Positions 25,013-38,400 are shown, counted from the first letter of the stretch. The stretch is 64,000 bases of DNA from Selaginella moellendorffii (GCF_000143415.4 NW_003314298.1:882645-946644); one strand, 5' to 3'. Notes: generated by a model not told the origin, from the sequence alone. Program-made: numbers and translations.

Positions 25013-28000
25013 ATGCCAAAATGCGCTCCAGCGAAAGTGAATGTGAAGCAAGAGTCAGTCGTTATCCTCTCGTCCTCTTCTAGTTCAAGTGAAGATGTCA
25101 TGCTAGTGTCGGCGCCAAATTCACCAGCTCCAGCTCCAACTTCAGCAATATTCAAAGCCGTTAGCAATGCTTTCCAATTTTCACGCCTCTCAATCGACGT
25201 GCACTTGTTTTTGTATAGGCTTGTGAGTGAGCTTCCATCCTCCTACAACGGCAACATTTTCTTCGAGCTACCACCTCTTGTCAGCAGCACAGGTTCCAAA
25301 CGGAAGGGGATGGAAACCAAGCAGGATGTCCACAATTGGTGCAAGATCAAGACCACACACTTTCAACATTTTGAAGGCACAGTGTCTATAGTTCATTGTG
25401 GCGGGCATTTAGATTGTGTGGATGAAGCATGCAATCGAGACCGCTCTAGAAACTCTATATTTTTCGAAGGGTCTGCAGTCAATCCTCCAGCCTGTGACAC
25501 CATTGCTGTTGGATTCAAATGTTGATTCTGCAAAAATGCTCCTCTATGTCGTGCTATCTGCGAGGCCAAGATGTACTACTTTCTTCCACGGGATGGAGTG
25601 GCTGGAAGAGCTGCAGTGCATGTTGGCACACATATGCATCCAATGCAGGAAGGGATACAAAGGAGTTCTCTCAACCGTTTCAAAGATGCTGTACAGGAAG
25701 AGACTATGAGAAACTCATCTGCAACTCCGAAGCATGTTCAGAAGACCGTCCTCAAGGATTTTATCGCAAATACCTTACTCAATCCAGGTTGCCAAAAGAC
25801 TCAACTAAACGAGGCTAGCTTGCGGGACTTACTACGAGGAGTACAACCTGCTACTAGCCTAAGGAGGTATATCCATTATTTTTCATACGTTATAATAATA
25901 ATTTTTTCTTACATTATATTGTTTAGGATAAAATCTTGGATGTGTGAATCTCGAGAGGGGAAGTTGCAATCAAAAATTGACTCCATCCTTGAATTGAAAC
26001 GGACCTGTCCATACGAGTTCATCCACGGAAGTTTGTTTCCAGACCAAGTTGTGAATGAGAAAGAGCGCCCCTTCGTCTTCAAAATGTCTACCATGGGCCC
26101 TGCCTCTGGTGTAGATCTTGTCTCCCGAATGGACATGTTTGGGTCCAGTGACCTTGCAAATGCATGGGTACATTTTGACCATATGGAGCGTGTATCCGGT
26201 TGGACAACCATGGGAGCTCATGTGTATGATCCAAGGTAATTTTTATTCTCATTATATTGAAATTGTTATAATATTTATGTTTTCATAGGCTACGTTGTAA
26301 CTTAACAATTGCGACAGCAGAGTTTAAAGTACAAGACCAGACAGCACAGGAAATATTTTGGAAGTCCCTCTCTGATATTGTCCTAAAGCGGACTGGTAAG
26401 CCTGCAAACTTTCGTGGTTTCATGGCAGATGGGGCTGGTGCAAACTGGAATGGTATCCGAGCAGTTTTTGGGAATGGTCAACCATTGGAAGGTCGTGAGA
26501 GGACTTGTGAGTTCCATTGGGCTCAAAGCCTAAACCAGCACTGCCACCTTATCAAGCCAGAGTTTCAATCAATATTTAAGGAGTTGTGCAAACAATGGCA
26601 GGTTGCACCTTCTGAAGAAGAGCATGAGGCAAAAGCAAATGAGATCCGAATGTGGTGGCGTGAAGATGGCCATACAGACGTAAGTTGCCTACCACAACTT
26701 GAGTCATGGTTAGGATGGTGGGAAGTTAGGATGTTCCAATGGGGACATCACTCTTTTCAGGTTGGTTTATATTTTTTCTTCTCCTTTTATTACCTTTTAA
26801 TATTGCCTTTTCCATTAGGATCAACCACTTGAGGACCTCGCATACACCCCAACTGTGAATCTCTCCGAAAGTAAGCATTGGAGTTGGCGTTCCTCTGAGG
26901 CAGGGAAAGGGAAGATGAGTCTATACGAAGCCTGTCTATCAGATTTGATACGTGCTATAGAGCAATCTTCAAAAGCACTGGCATTCGAGGAAGGAAGATA
27001 CATGGGAACAGGGCCTTCTGTTGAGATGTTACATGATAGGATGAAGAGAAAATTAACTCCACCCGCCCGAACAGTGGCAACTGCAGTTGAGGAAGTGGTC
27101 CATGGCACATCTATGGAGTACACTCCCCGAGCTTCTATTGGTGATATGAAGACTGTCCGCTCAAAGCGTCGTTTTTCCTTTGCTGGGGAAGATGTTGGTA
27201 CGGACCTTGGAGCAAAAAGCTCCCACAGGCCTGATGTCGAGTACCATTCTGCTCCAAGACACCGCTCTCGGACTGAGCCACCTCAAGTGGCTGATGAAGA
27301 GAGTGCATCGCAACAGGTTGAAATTGCTTACCGTAACGTGGAGCCGAAGCAATGGGCAATCTGACGTGTGCCAGCAAAATCAAATGTAAGGTGTGTGGGG
27401 ATGCTTCCAAGGGGCAAGTGTTGGGCCTGGATTCGTGGTGAAAAATCTGCTTCTGTTCCAGCCCCATGTTTCTATGGGGAACGAAAGCAAGCAGGATTTT
27501 CAAGATGGTGCTGGCTATATTGTTGCAACACCGACGCCAACCATACGAAGCGGCTTGAAGACACTATAGTGACTAAACCTGATGCAGTACCTAAAGAATG
27601 GCCAGTTGTTAATGGGGTCGCGCTCACCTCGGATGAGATTGAAAACCTTGAGAAATCTGGTTTTAATCTTGAGAGGAGAGTTGGAGACATGAGTGACAGG
27701 AGCAGGACTATTCCTACAGAGATGCACAGGAGGCCAGCACGAAAAGGTAAAGCAGTTAAATTTATTGGTACCGTCTCCAAGCAGAAGCAAGGTAAAATAA
27801 ACTTGGCTCAAACACTTGAGTGTGAGATTCTCTCTACGAAGTACATCACTGCGCTTGCAAAGGAGTACATAGTCAAAACAGAAGGTGGAGAGTACACAAT
27901 TGCCATTCACGACTTTCCTTCTTGCACATGTCCAGACTTTACGAAGCGCGAGGAACATGGGAAGGCATATGCTCCTTGCAAGCATATGTACTACATCTTC

Positions 28001-28096
28001 ATCAACATCTTGCACCAGGATCCTAAAGTGGATATTCATATACACCAAGCAAGCCTTACTATTGCTGAGTTGCAAAAAACTTTTGGAGCTAATTAA
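25013..28096 (+). pseudogene. DDE transposase (MULE-like, CxxH) with N-terminal Cys/His finger and C-terminal SWIM zinc finger; 3 introns, 2 in-frame TGA
   Basis: WVHFDH, FMADGAGANW, CEFHW, NLSESKH and CTCPDF...CKHMYY. Introns 25867-25926, 26236-26288 and 26761-26818 keep the frame. Stops at 25523 and 27362. Confidence 0.85.
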
Positions 28097-28187
28097 ATTT
28101 CTCCAACACTATCGATGTTTATTCTCTATCAATAAAACTTATTATACTTTATATAATTAATACAAATGTGCTTTTTCATTTCACTTT

Positions 28188-28640
28188 TCATTTTATATGC
28201 TTCCGAGTGTTCTTCTCGCAATACTGCCCATAGTACTCGTGTGTCTCCATTTCTGTCTTTACCATCTCAAAAAAGATTTCATGGTAGTCTTTCGGGTGCG
28301 TGATGTTGCAGTGTGTCGCAAGAGCATATATACCATCATACTGATCATTGCCATTGTTTCCACCAGACGCTAGAAAACATATGGGGCACTTCTTGAAAGT
28401 GGCAGAATTGCATTTTTCTAAAACAAGTAAGAGGGCATTCTTTTTCACCCAATTTGTTGCACCCTCTGTCATTGCATTTATCTCCAACTCATGATCACTA
28501 TCCTCACTATCCTCTCTTTCATTCTCTTGTGTGATTTGGTTATGCTGTGCAATGGGATAGTTATTGCATCTCCTAGCCCTTGAGCCCTGGGAAGAAAGAT
28601 TGTGAGAGTTAAAATTACCAACACTAGAACCCATAGACAT
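28188..28640 (-). CDS. Small zinc-finger protein (SGS3/zf-XS-like), transposon cargo, paralog of 18796-19341
   Basis: Intact 150-aa ORF; CPIC...GNDQYDGIYALATHC...YH...KTEMETHEYY. Confidence 0.6.
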   Translation of the reverse strand: MSMGSSVGNFNSHNLSSQGSRARRCNNYPIAQHNQITQENEREDSEDSDHELEINAMTEGATNWVKKNALLLVLEKCNSATFKKCPICFLASGGNNGNDQYDGIYALATHCNITHPKDYHEIFFEMVKTEMETHEYYGQYCEKNTRKHIK

Positions 28641-29190
28641 TTGTGGGTGTATTTCCCTTTTTTCGAATGAGAGTGTGAATGAAGATCTATAAATTCTAGA
28701 CAGTATGCTACGACAAACCCCTCAAGAATGTATTCTACAAAGAACCAAGTCTTTCTTTTATATGCAATAAGCTTACATCAACGGTTATTTTTTTTCCTTT
28801 CAAACGGTTATATGGTTTCCCATAGAATCTTATTTCAAATTTAATAATTTTTTAATTCTGACAAACCTAACATTTACTAGCCAGAAAGCATAGAGTACAA
28901 ATTTAAAGAAGTGACAAGAATACTCTTTTTTCAAACATTTTATTTTATGTTCTAACAAATGTCCCTATCATTGCATGTAGTAAATATTTAAATTATTAGA
29001 ACAAAATGTGTTCTTTAGAACATTTTTATCTATATAATATATAGAGAGTTATTAAATTATTAGGTTCGCCATAACCTTAAAATTTTAAAATTTATAATGT
29101 TTGTACTAAATTACAATTGAAAATTGAGCTCAACTCGTGAGCTCAACTCTTCAACTCGTGAGCTCAAGTATGGTCCGCGCCCCTGTTGGA

Positions 29191-32100
29191 GAGATCTCAA
29201 GAGGAGAAGAGAGTAGTGACTTGAAGGGGAGCTTACAAGCCACCCTCTGTGTCACTAGATCTGGTGCCGACAGAGATTCACTCTCAATTGCCACCGGGGG
29301 ATCTGTGGCAGGCTGAGCGGGTGCCTTCTTCTTCGCTTGGGCTCGAGTGGTTGCAGTTTGCTACTGTTGCCTATAGTGTTCTTTGGCTACCAAAATCATG
29401 TTGACCAATGAAGCTGGTGCCTTGCCTTTGCTTGACAAAGAGGTTGCCTCAATTGCTTGTCGCTCTAGTTGCTCTTGATATATCTCTAGACCCCGAGGTG
29501 ATATGGACTTGTCAGAAAAGGGACGTTGTTGGACACGTTGAGAAGGTGGAGGCTGAAGCTCTGGGTGAAGCTTGAAGCAATTCTGCGTGTTGTGTGTGTT
29601 TGTCTCGCAGTGAGTGCACCAACGAGATTTAAATCTGTATTCCCAAGCTGTAGCGGCCTCTTTCCTAGACTCCACCAGCTCCTAGAGTAGTTTATCATGG
29701 TGTGATTGCTGCTGAAGAATGATCTCCTTCAGCTGCCGCATCTCGTTGGCAAAGTTCTCAATAGCCAGAGGTGTATACTCAATAGCGATGGGCTTTGTTG
29801 TGGACGGGCGAACAGCTACACAAGGTGACTCTAATGGGGTGATGGCTTGGTCCAAATCAACTCTAGCAATCCCCAGGTCGACAACAAGCTCTCTTTCCAG
29901 CTTCGTGGCAAATGAAAATGCCTCGCAGCAAGACCTGAATGTCTTCTTAAGAAGTTTCTGTTGCAAGTTCCCATGTAGACCTGCTGTGAATGCCGTGATC
30001 CCCTGTTGCTCATCTTGGACCAATCGACAATCCCAACACTGCTTCCAGTATGCTCAAAACCGGGTGATGTAGTTAGGAACAGACTCGCAAGCACCCTACT
30101 GGAACGAAAAGAGGTTGACAAGTAGCCGATTTGTGGGTTTTTCTTCAATGAAATGTTCTTTGAAAGAAGCAAGCAGTGTCTGGAAGTCTGTCTGGTCCTC
30201 TAGGAGGAGAGAATCTACCCAAGTTGCTACTTTGCCTTCAAGAGATTGCAAGAAGTTGCGGCACATACGTCATCATCGACGATCGTGTTTGTGGTGTAGT
30301 AGTAATCAAAGCTACTGATATGCGATGTTGGAGAGACTGTTCCAACACCTGAGAAGGTTGGTAGATCACTCCCCTTCTGCAGAACATGGAGCTGAGGTCA
30401 AGCTAAAGGTGGCTGCGCCATAGCTCGTAGATCCAAGTCACTGGAATCTGCCGAGGATGAAAAGGACTTGGCCTGAGAAGGTGCAGTGTCGTACCTAAGC
30501 TGCCTTTGGATGTTAGAAAGCTTACTGCATACCTTAGGGCCTTGAGGTATGGTAAAAGGGTGCCAATTTGTTGTACGTCTAGTTTGTACCAGCATCAAAT
30601 ACCCTAAACACTGCAAATGCCCGATCAAGGCAACTAGGTTGACAGGAGCAAGAAGACTATAGGCTAGTGCTCAAGTTGCTCAAGGTTGCCCAAAATGCTT
30701 GTGACAAAGAGAAATAAGGTGAAAATGGAAGGAGATGTAGGCCTCAAGCACACATAACCGTTAACCCATAGGGTAACCGCTAAAGTAGCCATTGGGGTAG
30801 CTGCTGGGGTAGCCGGTAACTGATAACTAGTAACCAGTAACTTGTAACCTGTAACCCCTGCTCTCGCTCCTACTCCTGTGCTTGCTTCAACACCAACTCC
30901 TATCCCTGCATCTGCTCCTACTGTCCCTGTTCCTACCCCAACCCTTGTTCCTGCTCCTCTTGTTCCTGTTCCCACACACACTCCTATTCTTGTTCCTCCT
31001 GTCTCTGTTCCTACACTAACTCCTATTCCTGTTCCTATATCTACCTACTCCTTGAAGATTGCTTCGTTCCTGAGGAACCCCCCAACAAAGTTTAGCCCAA
31101 AAGAGAAAAATGAGTCCTTTGGTCTCGATCTTTCCCCATTTTGACTGTTGGTGGGCTTGTTGGAAAGGGCTCAGCCCTGTCTACCTCCTATCACAAGAAT
31201 TTGGGGAGAAGCCACCTCAATACTCCCCAAAATCCAAGAAGAGGTAGCCTAGAACGCCAATATTGTGAAAAAACATGTGTATGTCACTGATGTAGATCGA
31301 TAATAAGGCGCCGTTGGTGTTTTTGGAAAGCCTAAGACTAAGAGCATCTTTAGAAATAAACGGCATCCAAAAAAAAGCTCGAAGAAGCATAAATTCCCGC
31401 TGCAAAAATGACCCAATCTAGCTGGAGAAGAAAATCCTTTTGCATGCCCCCAATTTAGCCAAATCTAGCACCAAGAATCACCACTACTCGTAGATCTAAG
31501 CCAGATCTACAAGCCCAAATGCACTACCTTGAGAAATTTGGCTGACTATCCAAGTGAGAAAGTGAAAACCCCAAAATGTTCATCTAACCAAGCCAAGAAA
31601 TGTTGTATCTCTTCAAATACTGCACGGCTTGATGAGCGCCATACCTTGCTAGAAAGAGGAGTTCCAGCCCTATCCAACACGCCAAAGATCAAACAAAACC
31701 ACCGCCAGACGAACTAGAAATTGGTTCTCAAATTCTGCGGCCAAAAGAAAAAGAGAGAAATGACACCTCCAAACGTGCTGCATGTCATGCCGAGTTCACC
31801 ATTTGTTGGGGGAAGGAAGGGCACCTCCCCCAACGCTCGCTCAAACACGAGAAATGCTTGAATGCTCTCCACAAAATGCCCCCCCTTGCCCTTGTGGGGC
31901 AAGGGTTTTATACAAGGAAGATGGGGAATATTCTGACTAGAATATTCCCTCTCTCTCTCGGTGGCCATGCCCTAACAATAGAAAGACCTCTGCAGATTCT
32001 TAGTCATATGACGATGCCCCATATGTCCGCCTAGAATAAAAGAATCATGGTAGACATAGAGAAAACGTCCAGCCGTAAAGGATCATCAGAATCCATCCCC

Positions 32101-32418
32101 ACAAAATAAAGAAGGCCGTTCTGAAGGCGATATTAAAGATGTAAATGCCGGAATGGCAAATCACCAGGAAATGATGCAAGATTCTCAAACCCATCTTGAA
32201 GCCTTCGAATCCACAACTCAATCTTTTGAGACTTGCGAACCTCATCAAGAGAAGGTAGATCTTGCTTTGTGCCTTATGGACACTGAACATCAAGTACAGC
32301 AACTGCCAATGGCACAGAATCCTTGTCTAGAAAATCCATAAATGCTAGAACAATAGCCTCGTCAGAATCATGAGAAGAGAGTGGAGAAGGAAGAGGAGCT
32401 CGAGAAAGGGTATCAACA
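29191..32418 (-). mobile_element. Tat-type Ty3/gypsy retrotransposon, gag and 5' region (continuation of 12880-17485)
   Basis: CCHC knuckle CTHCETNTHNTQNC and gag-like FTAGLHGNLQ in 29361-30400. The putative 5' LTR start TGTTGATACCC at 32418 is tentative. Confidence 0.7.
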
Positions 32419-32419
32419 T

Positions 32420-34620
32420 CAGCCATAGAACTCCCTAGGTGATGAATATCAAAATCATATATCTAAAGCTTTAAAGCCCACTGAGCAGTACGACCAACCA
32501 GGTTTTCACTTCTATAATGAAGTAATGACAGCATGATCACTTTCAAGTAACGTTTGAAAACTATGTAGATATGCATGAAGTTTCTTGAAACCCCAAACTG
32601 CTATTAAACACCCCTTCTCTATCGTGGAATAATTCACTTCCACTAGTTGTAATGTATGTGGCTTATATATGCAATAGGATGGTGCTGGCCAAGCACACTT
32701 GGGCTCTCTTTCATCAACACACCTCTAAAACTAATATCAGAAGCATCCACGCACAAAATAAAAGGTCGAGTATAGTTAAGATATGCAAAAACTAGAGGAG
32801 TTGTCAAGAGCTCTTTGAGATCCAGAAATGCCCGCTCACAATCTGAAGACCAAATGAGAGATGACGTTAATGACTTCAGCAACGTTTGCAATGGTGCAAT
32901 GCAATCAGAAAGATGATCCATAAAACGACTGAGATACTGCACTTTGCTTAGGAAGCTGTAAGCTCCTGAGTTTGGACTTCCCGGGAGGTCACCCAGCCCA
33001 GTACTATTCAAACCCAAGGACGCTTAACCCCAAATATCCCAAGACCCTTAACCGATTGGAAAAGGGGGTGCACTCTTGTTCATGGGCCTTTTCCCTCTAT
33101 ATTTGAACCCCTATGGATCGTCTCTCGAGTCGTTCCCTTTGGTTGCTTACAATCCACCACGCTTCCCTGCAAATTCACGCCCTCGTGAACGGAAGCTGAG
33201 AGCCATAGCTCTCCCGAGAGCCCCGCTCTCTTGACACCCTACCCCTCGGGTCGAGCCCAGCGGGAGCAAACTAGACCAGCCAGATGTCAATCAACATGTG
33301 GTGTGATTCCTCTAGCCAACCAACAGAGTCGGACCCGAGACCGCTCTGATACCAAATGTAAGCTCCTGAGTTTGGACTTCCCGGGAGGTCACCCAACCCA
33401 GTACTATTCAAACCCAAGGACGCTTAACCCCAAGTATCCCAAGACCCTTAACCGATTGGAAAAGGGGGTGCACTCTTGTTCATGGGCCCTTTCCCTCTAT
33501 ATTTGAACCCCTATGGATCGTCTCTCGAGTCGTTCCCTTTGGTTGCTTACAGAAGCGCTACACATCATTCATACACTTCAGAGTAGGGAACTTTAGAACA
33601 ACCACAAGTTTATCAGGATCAACTTGCAAACCCTTATGAGAAATACGATACCCAAAATAAGTCGTATCCTTGGACCCAAACACGCACTTCAACCACTTCA
33701 GCTTTAAACCAATGTCGTGTAGCTGATCCAACACTTTATAAACATCACGAACATGCTCCTCCCACGTCCCCTCCAAGTGGATCAAGACATCATCAATGAA
33801 GTCAGTAGTCACCTCCGGCATATTGCAAAGAACCTCGTCCATCATCCGCTGGAAAGTTGCTGAAGCATTGTTCAAACCAAATGGCATCACCAAGAACTCG
33901 TATAAACCAAATGGTGTACGAAAAGCAGTCTTAGGAGTATCTTCTTCAACCATCAGTACTTGCCAGTACCCAGAAGCAAGATCTAGCTTGATGAACCAAC
34001 GACTTCACCCCAGACGATCCAAGAGATCAGCAGTGTGAGGAAGAAGGTACACATTTGGGATTGTCACTTCGTTTAACGGATGATAATCGATGTAGAAACG
34101 AATACTCCCATCAGGCTTCGTCACAAAATGAGGTTCACATGCCCAAGGACTCCGTGACTTCAGAATAACACCCTTCTCCAACATCTCCTTGACATTTGCA
34201 CGTAAAATCCAGATCTCCTTAGGTGACCGACAACGAACGGGAACCTTGATTGGACAAGCATCTCCGGTTGAAATTGGATGACGTGTGGCAATCTTGGCCC
34301 CAGACGATAAGTCAAATTCAAAGAGACTAGAATACTCCTTCATGAACCGGTTAACCATTGTAGCACAAAGATTGTCAGAGGGATCGGAAAAGGGAAGAGC
34401 AAAACAAGATGGAAACATAAGAGGAAACAGTGGGGGGACAAAAGTAATAGAAGTAGAAGTAAAAGTAGAAGGACAAAGAGGTACAAAAGTGAGAGGAATG
34501 AATGAAATATAAAAAAGTATGAAACAAGGGGGAGAAGCCTTAAAGTTATACTTGGCATGATTGTACTACAACCAATCCAATGGAAGTGTGCTTGGGTCGA
34601 GGCTAAGTCAATAGGCATCT
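32420..34620 (-). mobile_element. Degenerate Ty3/gypsy pol fragment (RT-RNase H), interrupted by the Cassandra TRIM
   Basis: KTAFRTPFGLYEFLVMPFGL and FIDDVLIH (33558-33953); SPWAC...IDYHPLN (34005-34418); CVDASD (32643-32950). Confidence 0.9.
32957..33551 (-). mobile_element. Complete Cassandra-type TRIM (5S rRNA-derived LTRs)
   Basis: Two 195-bp TGTAAG...CTTACA LTRs (32957-33151, 33357-33551) containing GGTTAAGCGTCCTTGGG...AGTACT...GGGTGACCTCCCGGGAAGTCC (5S A/IE/C boxes). iMet PBS at 33343-33354. TSD GAAGC at 32952-32956 and 33552-33556. Confidence 0.95.
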
Positions 34621-37600
34621 GAGTTAAAGAATGATTACTTATTGATTAGGGTTAAAGGACAAGATCCAAAAGAGACTCTAAGAAGCACCTATGTTCAACT
34701 ATCAACCACCCTTCAGCCAAACAAATGCTATAACAATGCTCCAATATTTAGCAATTGTACATTTATGTATGAACAAGAGCTACATGCCATATTTGTGATC
34801 ATAAGGGTTTATAGAGTGCTCAAGTGGACACTCTTGCCCATTGAGGCTCATGTAGATGCTATTACCAAAATCACAATTAGATGCCCATTCTTGGCATATG
34901 CTTAAGCCGTCTTACCAGTTCTATCAGCTTCTTTTGCCAAGCTTCTTGAGAGTTTCTTTTATATAGCTTTTTCCCTCTATATTTAAACCGGTTCACCCAC
35001 CAGAGACCGGTGTCAAGTCGCTTGGACAAGATTGCTTGATGAAGCTTGTCTTCATCCTCCTCCTTTTTTAGAAGAGTTTGTGCCACTGGGGTCTCATCAT
35101 CGATGATGGATCAAAAAGCCTCCACAGTAAAAAACAAAGCTTGTAGAAGAAGCAAGATTACCATGTTCCACAACAAGGCATCAATGACTACTACCTGATT
35201 GTTGAAAGAACCACATTCCTTCTGAGCATCTCTCTAGTTTTCCCTAGAAGCATCTTCTGTTTCCTCAGGTTGAATTGTTGCAAGATCCTGAAAAAAAAAA
35301 TGGTTAGAAGAAATCTAGAATATCATAGCCTAAACATAGTTTAGTTTAATATTAATAATTAACATCCCCCTAAGATCACAAAAACAAAACAACTAATTCC
35401 TGGATGCAGCCCTGTTCAAGAAGTTGGAGATGGAGCTTACCAGGTTGGAGATGGCTCCTGCTAAAACTGTTGCAGCTACAGCCTAGCATCTCCAGGAGGA
35501 TCAACACCATCTGCGGGATCCTCCTTGTGAGCTTCCTCCTCCGGAGCATCTAAATTAGCAAGAAACATTGGAGATGTTGATGCCTGCTTCACCAAGAATT
35601 CATCCATGATGTTGAAGTACTCGACTAGGAACACCTTCAAGTTTAGCTTCACGGGAGTTGTTACAAAGGTTGTTAAAGTGAGTCCGGCAAGCCTTCTAGT
35701 CTTGCTGCATGCCGGCAACTTGCATCTTCTTTGCAATCCTCTTCTAGAGAGTGGTTACTATCAATGTTATCTCCTCACTGCCCTGCATTGCCTCAATCTT
35801 TCCAAGGTGATCTTCCCATTTTAAGTCAATGAGGGAAGTTGTCTCATCATCCCCCTAGTTTTTCTTGCATTTCTTCCTCACTTTCTTTGCGACATAAACA
35901 CCCGCCTCCCTTCCTCATCATCATTGCCTCCTCTTCATCACCCCCATCATCTTCTTCTGCCTCCTTCCTATTCAACGGCAACATTGTCCTACTCTTCCAA
36001 GTTGTGAAACCATAGCTACATGTACTACTGTCCTGGTGACTACTCTTGCTCCAAGTCACCTGCTTCGCCACCCTAAACCCGAAACCACTCTCCTAGAAAC
36101 TCTGAGCTAAACTCAAGATGAAGCTTACCTCATTGGTTGTTGTAGAAGAGAATTCGGAGAACAATCGAGTTCTAGAAGCTGTGGGGGGAGAGGCTCTAGC
36201 TCCTTGCACTCCAACTCCTTGTGCTCCAGCTCTGGGTCCAGCTCAGCCCTGATTGAGGCCAAGATCCACGAGCTCAGCATCTCCACAGCCTCGGCCCTAA
36301 GGTGGCCTACCTCCTCGAGTGATCGCTGGGCCTGATGCTTGTCCTCCAGTCCTGGATGCTCCTCCACTGCGGTTGCTCCTCACTCCACGAGTAGCACCTC
36401 TGCACTGGATGCCACTGCCCTAAACCCGCACCATCTCCTTGTCAAATCCTACAACTCCTCCTTCCCCAAAATCGGCTGCTCCTCCTTCCTCCATCGAATC
36501 CCCAACATGATCTAACCCTAGGGAGCCTACCTCAGCGATGACTACTGTCAACTTACCCACCATCAATGCTCGAGCTCGCAGCAAAAAAATTGAAACGCCC
36601 TGATCAAGGCACTGGAATCTTTGGGGAATCTTGGAGATTCCTTTTAAAAATATTTTAAGATTAAAAGAATCTCACCCCCAATCTTTTAAATTCAATTTGT
36701 TTGTCTGAATGTTTTAAAAAGTGAAAACATTGTGTTAAAGTTAGCACTATATGCAAATGAAAATGTTTTTAAAACATATCCTAAATTTTAATGTAAATTA
36801 ATTTAATTTATTTTAAAACATAGTGCAATAAATTTAACATATTTCAAGAATAAAGAGCAGGTGCAAATGCCTCCTATGTTGTTGTCCCTGCAGCTATCTT
36901 GCTTGTTTGTTTTATCAGATGCTATTGTCTCCTGATAGTAGTGATGTCCAAACTAAGAAAGATAGAAATGAGAAGCAAGGCACATTGAACCAAAGGAATC
37001 TTTTTATTGAAGAAAATCAGAAACAAAACAACATTCATGAGCACTGCACCTAAAACTTATCCCCTTTCCATTCAGAAGGCAAAAATCCTAAAAGAAGGTT
37101 AAAACCACTGCAATAGTGATTGTTATAAATTCCACCAATTTTCTTGGGGACCAGATGGGAATCCACCTTAACACTATATATGGCTGCCACATCACACTGC
37201 TTGATGTAGTTAGGAAATCCATAGCTAGAGATGTTTTCTTAGAAATTGTTTGTATGGATAATGATAGGATGGGCTCTTTGTTTTCAACTGTGCATTGAGG
37301 ATTGGGTGCTGTATATCACCTGCCACATTCTCTACTTATGAAATACTTGAGGTTTCTGGCACTTAGTATCCAAATCACATTTAGAAGTTTGAAGTAGGCA
37401 CAAGCAAAGCTCTTATAGGGACCTTCAATGACTCTTTGTGCAGGAAGAAAGAGTTCTCAGGTGGGGCAGGGGGAATGGAATTTTGTTAGATTAGGGTTTA
37501 TCCCATCTTCTACCTGCAAATTGCAATTGCTGTGTTGGCTTGAAATTAGTGGATTTGGCAGCAATTTCTTATGGCACTCAAGGCAGTAATATAGGGCCTC

Positions 37601-37786
37601 ATGCCAAGGGCTTGTGTGCATTGATAGTGATAATCCTAGATTGCCCTCTATGTCTTCTCAATCCTCTTGATTTTCTCTATTTGTAGATGGATCCTCTTTC
37701 GTTTGATTTAAGATTGTCCTAGAATATTGTTGATCTCATTAAGGATGTGGCTTTTTCTTTGAATTTGATTTTCTAGTTTTTCTGTA

Positions 37787-38358
37787 TAAGCTCTATTTCG
37801 TTAAAGTGGGATTTATTCAGTAAAATGGGACTAGGTACAAATTTTCAAGTATTTGAAAATGACGTGAAATTATATGTTTTTTGTCCAGGGGCTAGACATA
37901 TCTGGGGCATGGTGACTAGCGCGGTGACTTTGTGTCCAGACTGAGTCCATCTGGTTGTATAATAAATCTCATTGTCAAGGTGAACAAGCCGAATCTGAAG
38001 CTAAAGAAGAGCGATGGCATGCGCGCACACACTATTTGTTTGTTCATTGAGCGTGTGGTGAGCTTTCCAAGATGAACGTCATTCCTATTAGCCAGACATA
38101 TAACTTAATGGTGAGAACATTTAGATATTATTCAATGTTATCTTTTTCTAACGAATCTAATTGTGAAGGTGTAGCAAGAGGCATTGCTAGTCTGGAGAAG
38201 TCATTTAACTCATTGGACCCTTAGTGTATTTTCATGAAACTAAATAACATTCATATTATTAAGGAATTTCTCTAGTACCTTTTTTTTACGACATAGAGGC
38301 TTGCATTTCTTTCAAAGGTGATTTAGTAAAAGGCCTAAGGGCACATGCCATTTTATTT
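37787..38358. mobile_element. Short non-TIR insertion, family member 2
   Basis: Same 25-nt left end and 19-nt right end as 1767-1890, with an unrelated interior. Confidence 0.55.
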
Positions 38359-38400
38359 CTCAGACCGGTATTAAGATATACTAGTGCAAAGGGCCACATG

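Larger units (their letters stand above)
17486..29183. mobile_element. 11.7-kb cut-and-paste DNA transposon (MULE-like DDE transposase with SWIM) carrying cargo genes
   Basis: TSD; imperfect TIRs GGGG..GG(T/A)CC...GAGTTGAGCTCA(T/C)GAGTTGAGCTCAATT at 17486-17530 and 29123-29183; transposase gene inside. Confidence 0.9.

Noticed and set aside
32978-33430. 5S rRNA genes
   Set aside because: Only the internal promoter part is present, embedded in Cassandra LTRs.
34800-36600. Fragmented minus-strand gene-like sequence with splice-like sites
   Set aside because: No recognisable domain and no consistent exon chain could be built.
37130-37300. Possible MATH-domain remnant (SYGFPNYIK, minus strand)
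   Set aside because: Single short motif with nearby stops; too weak without a profile search.
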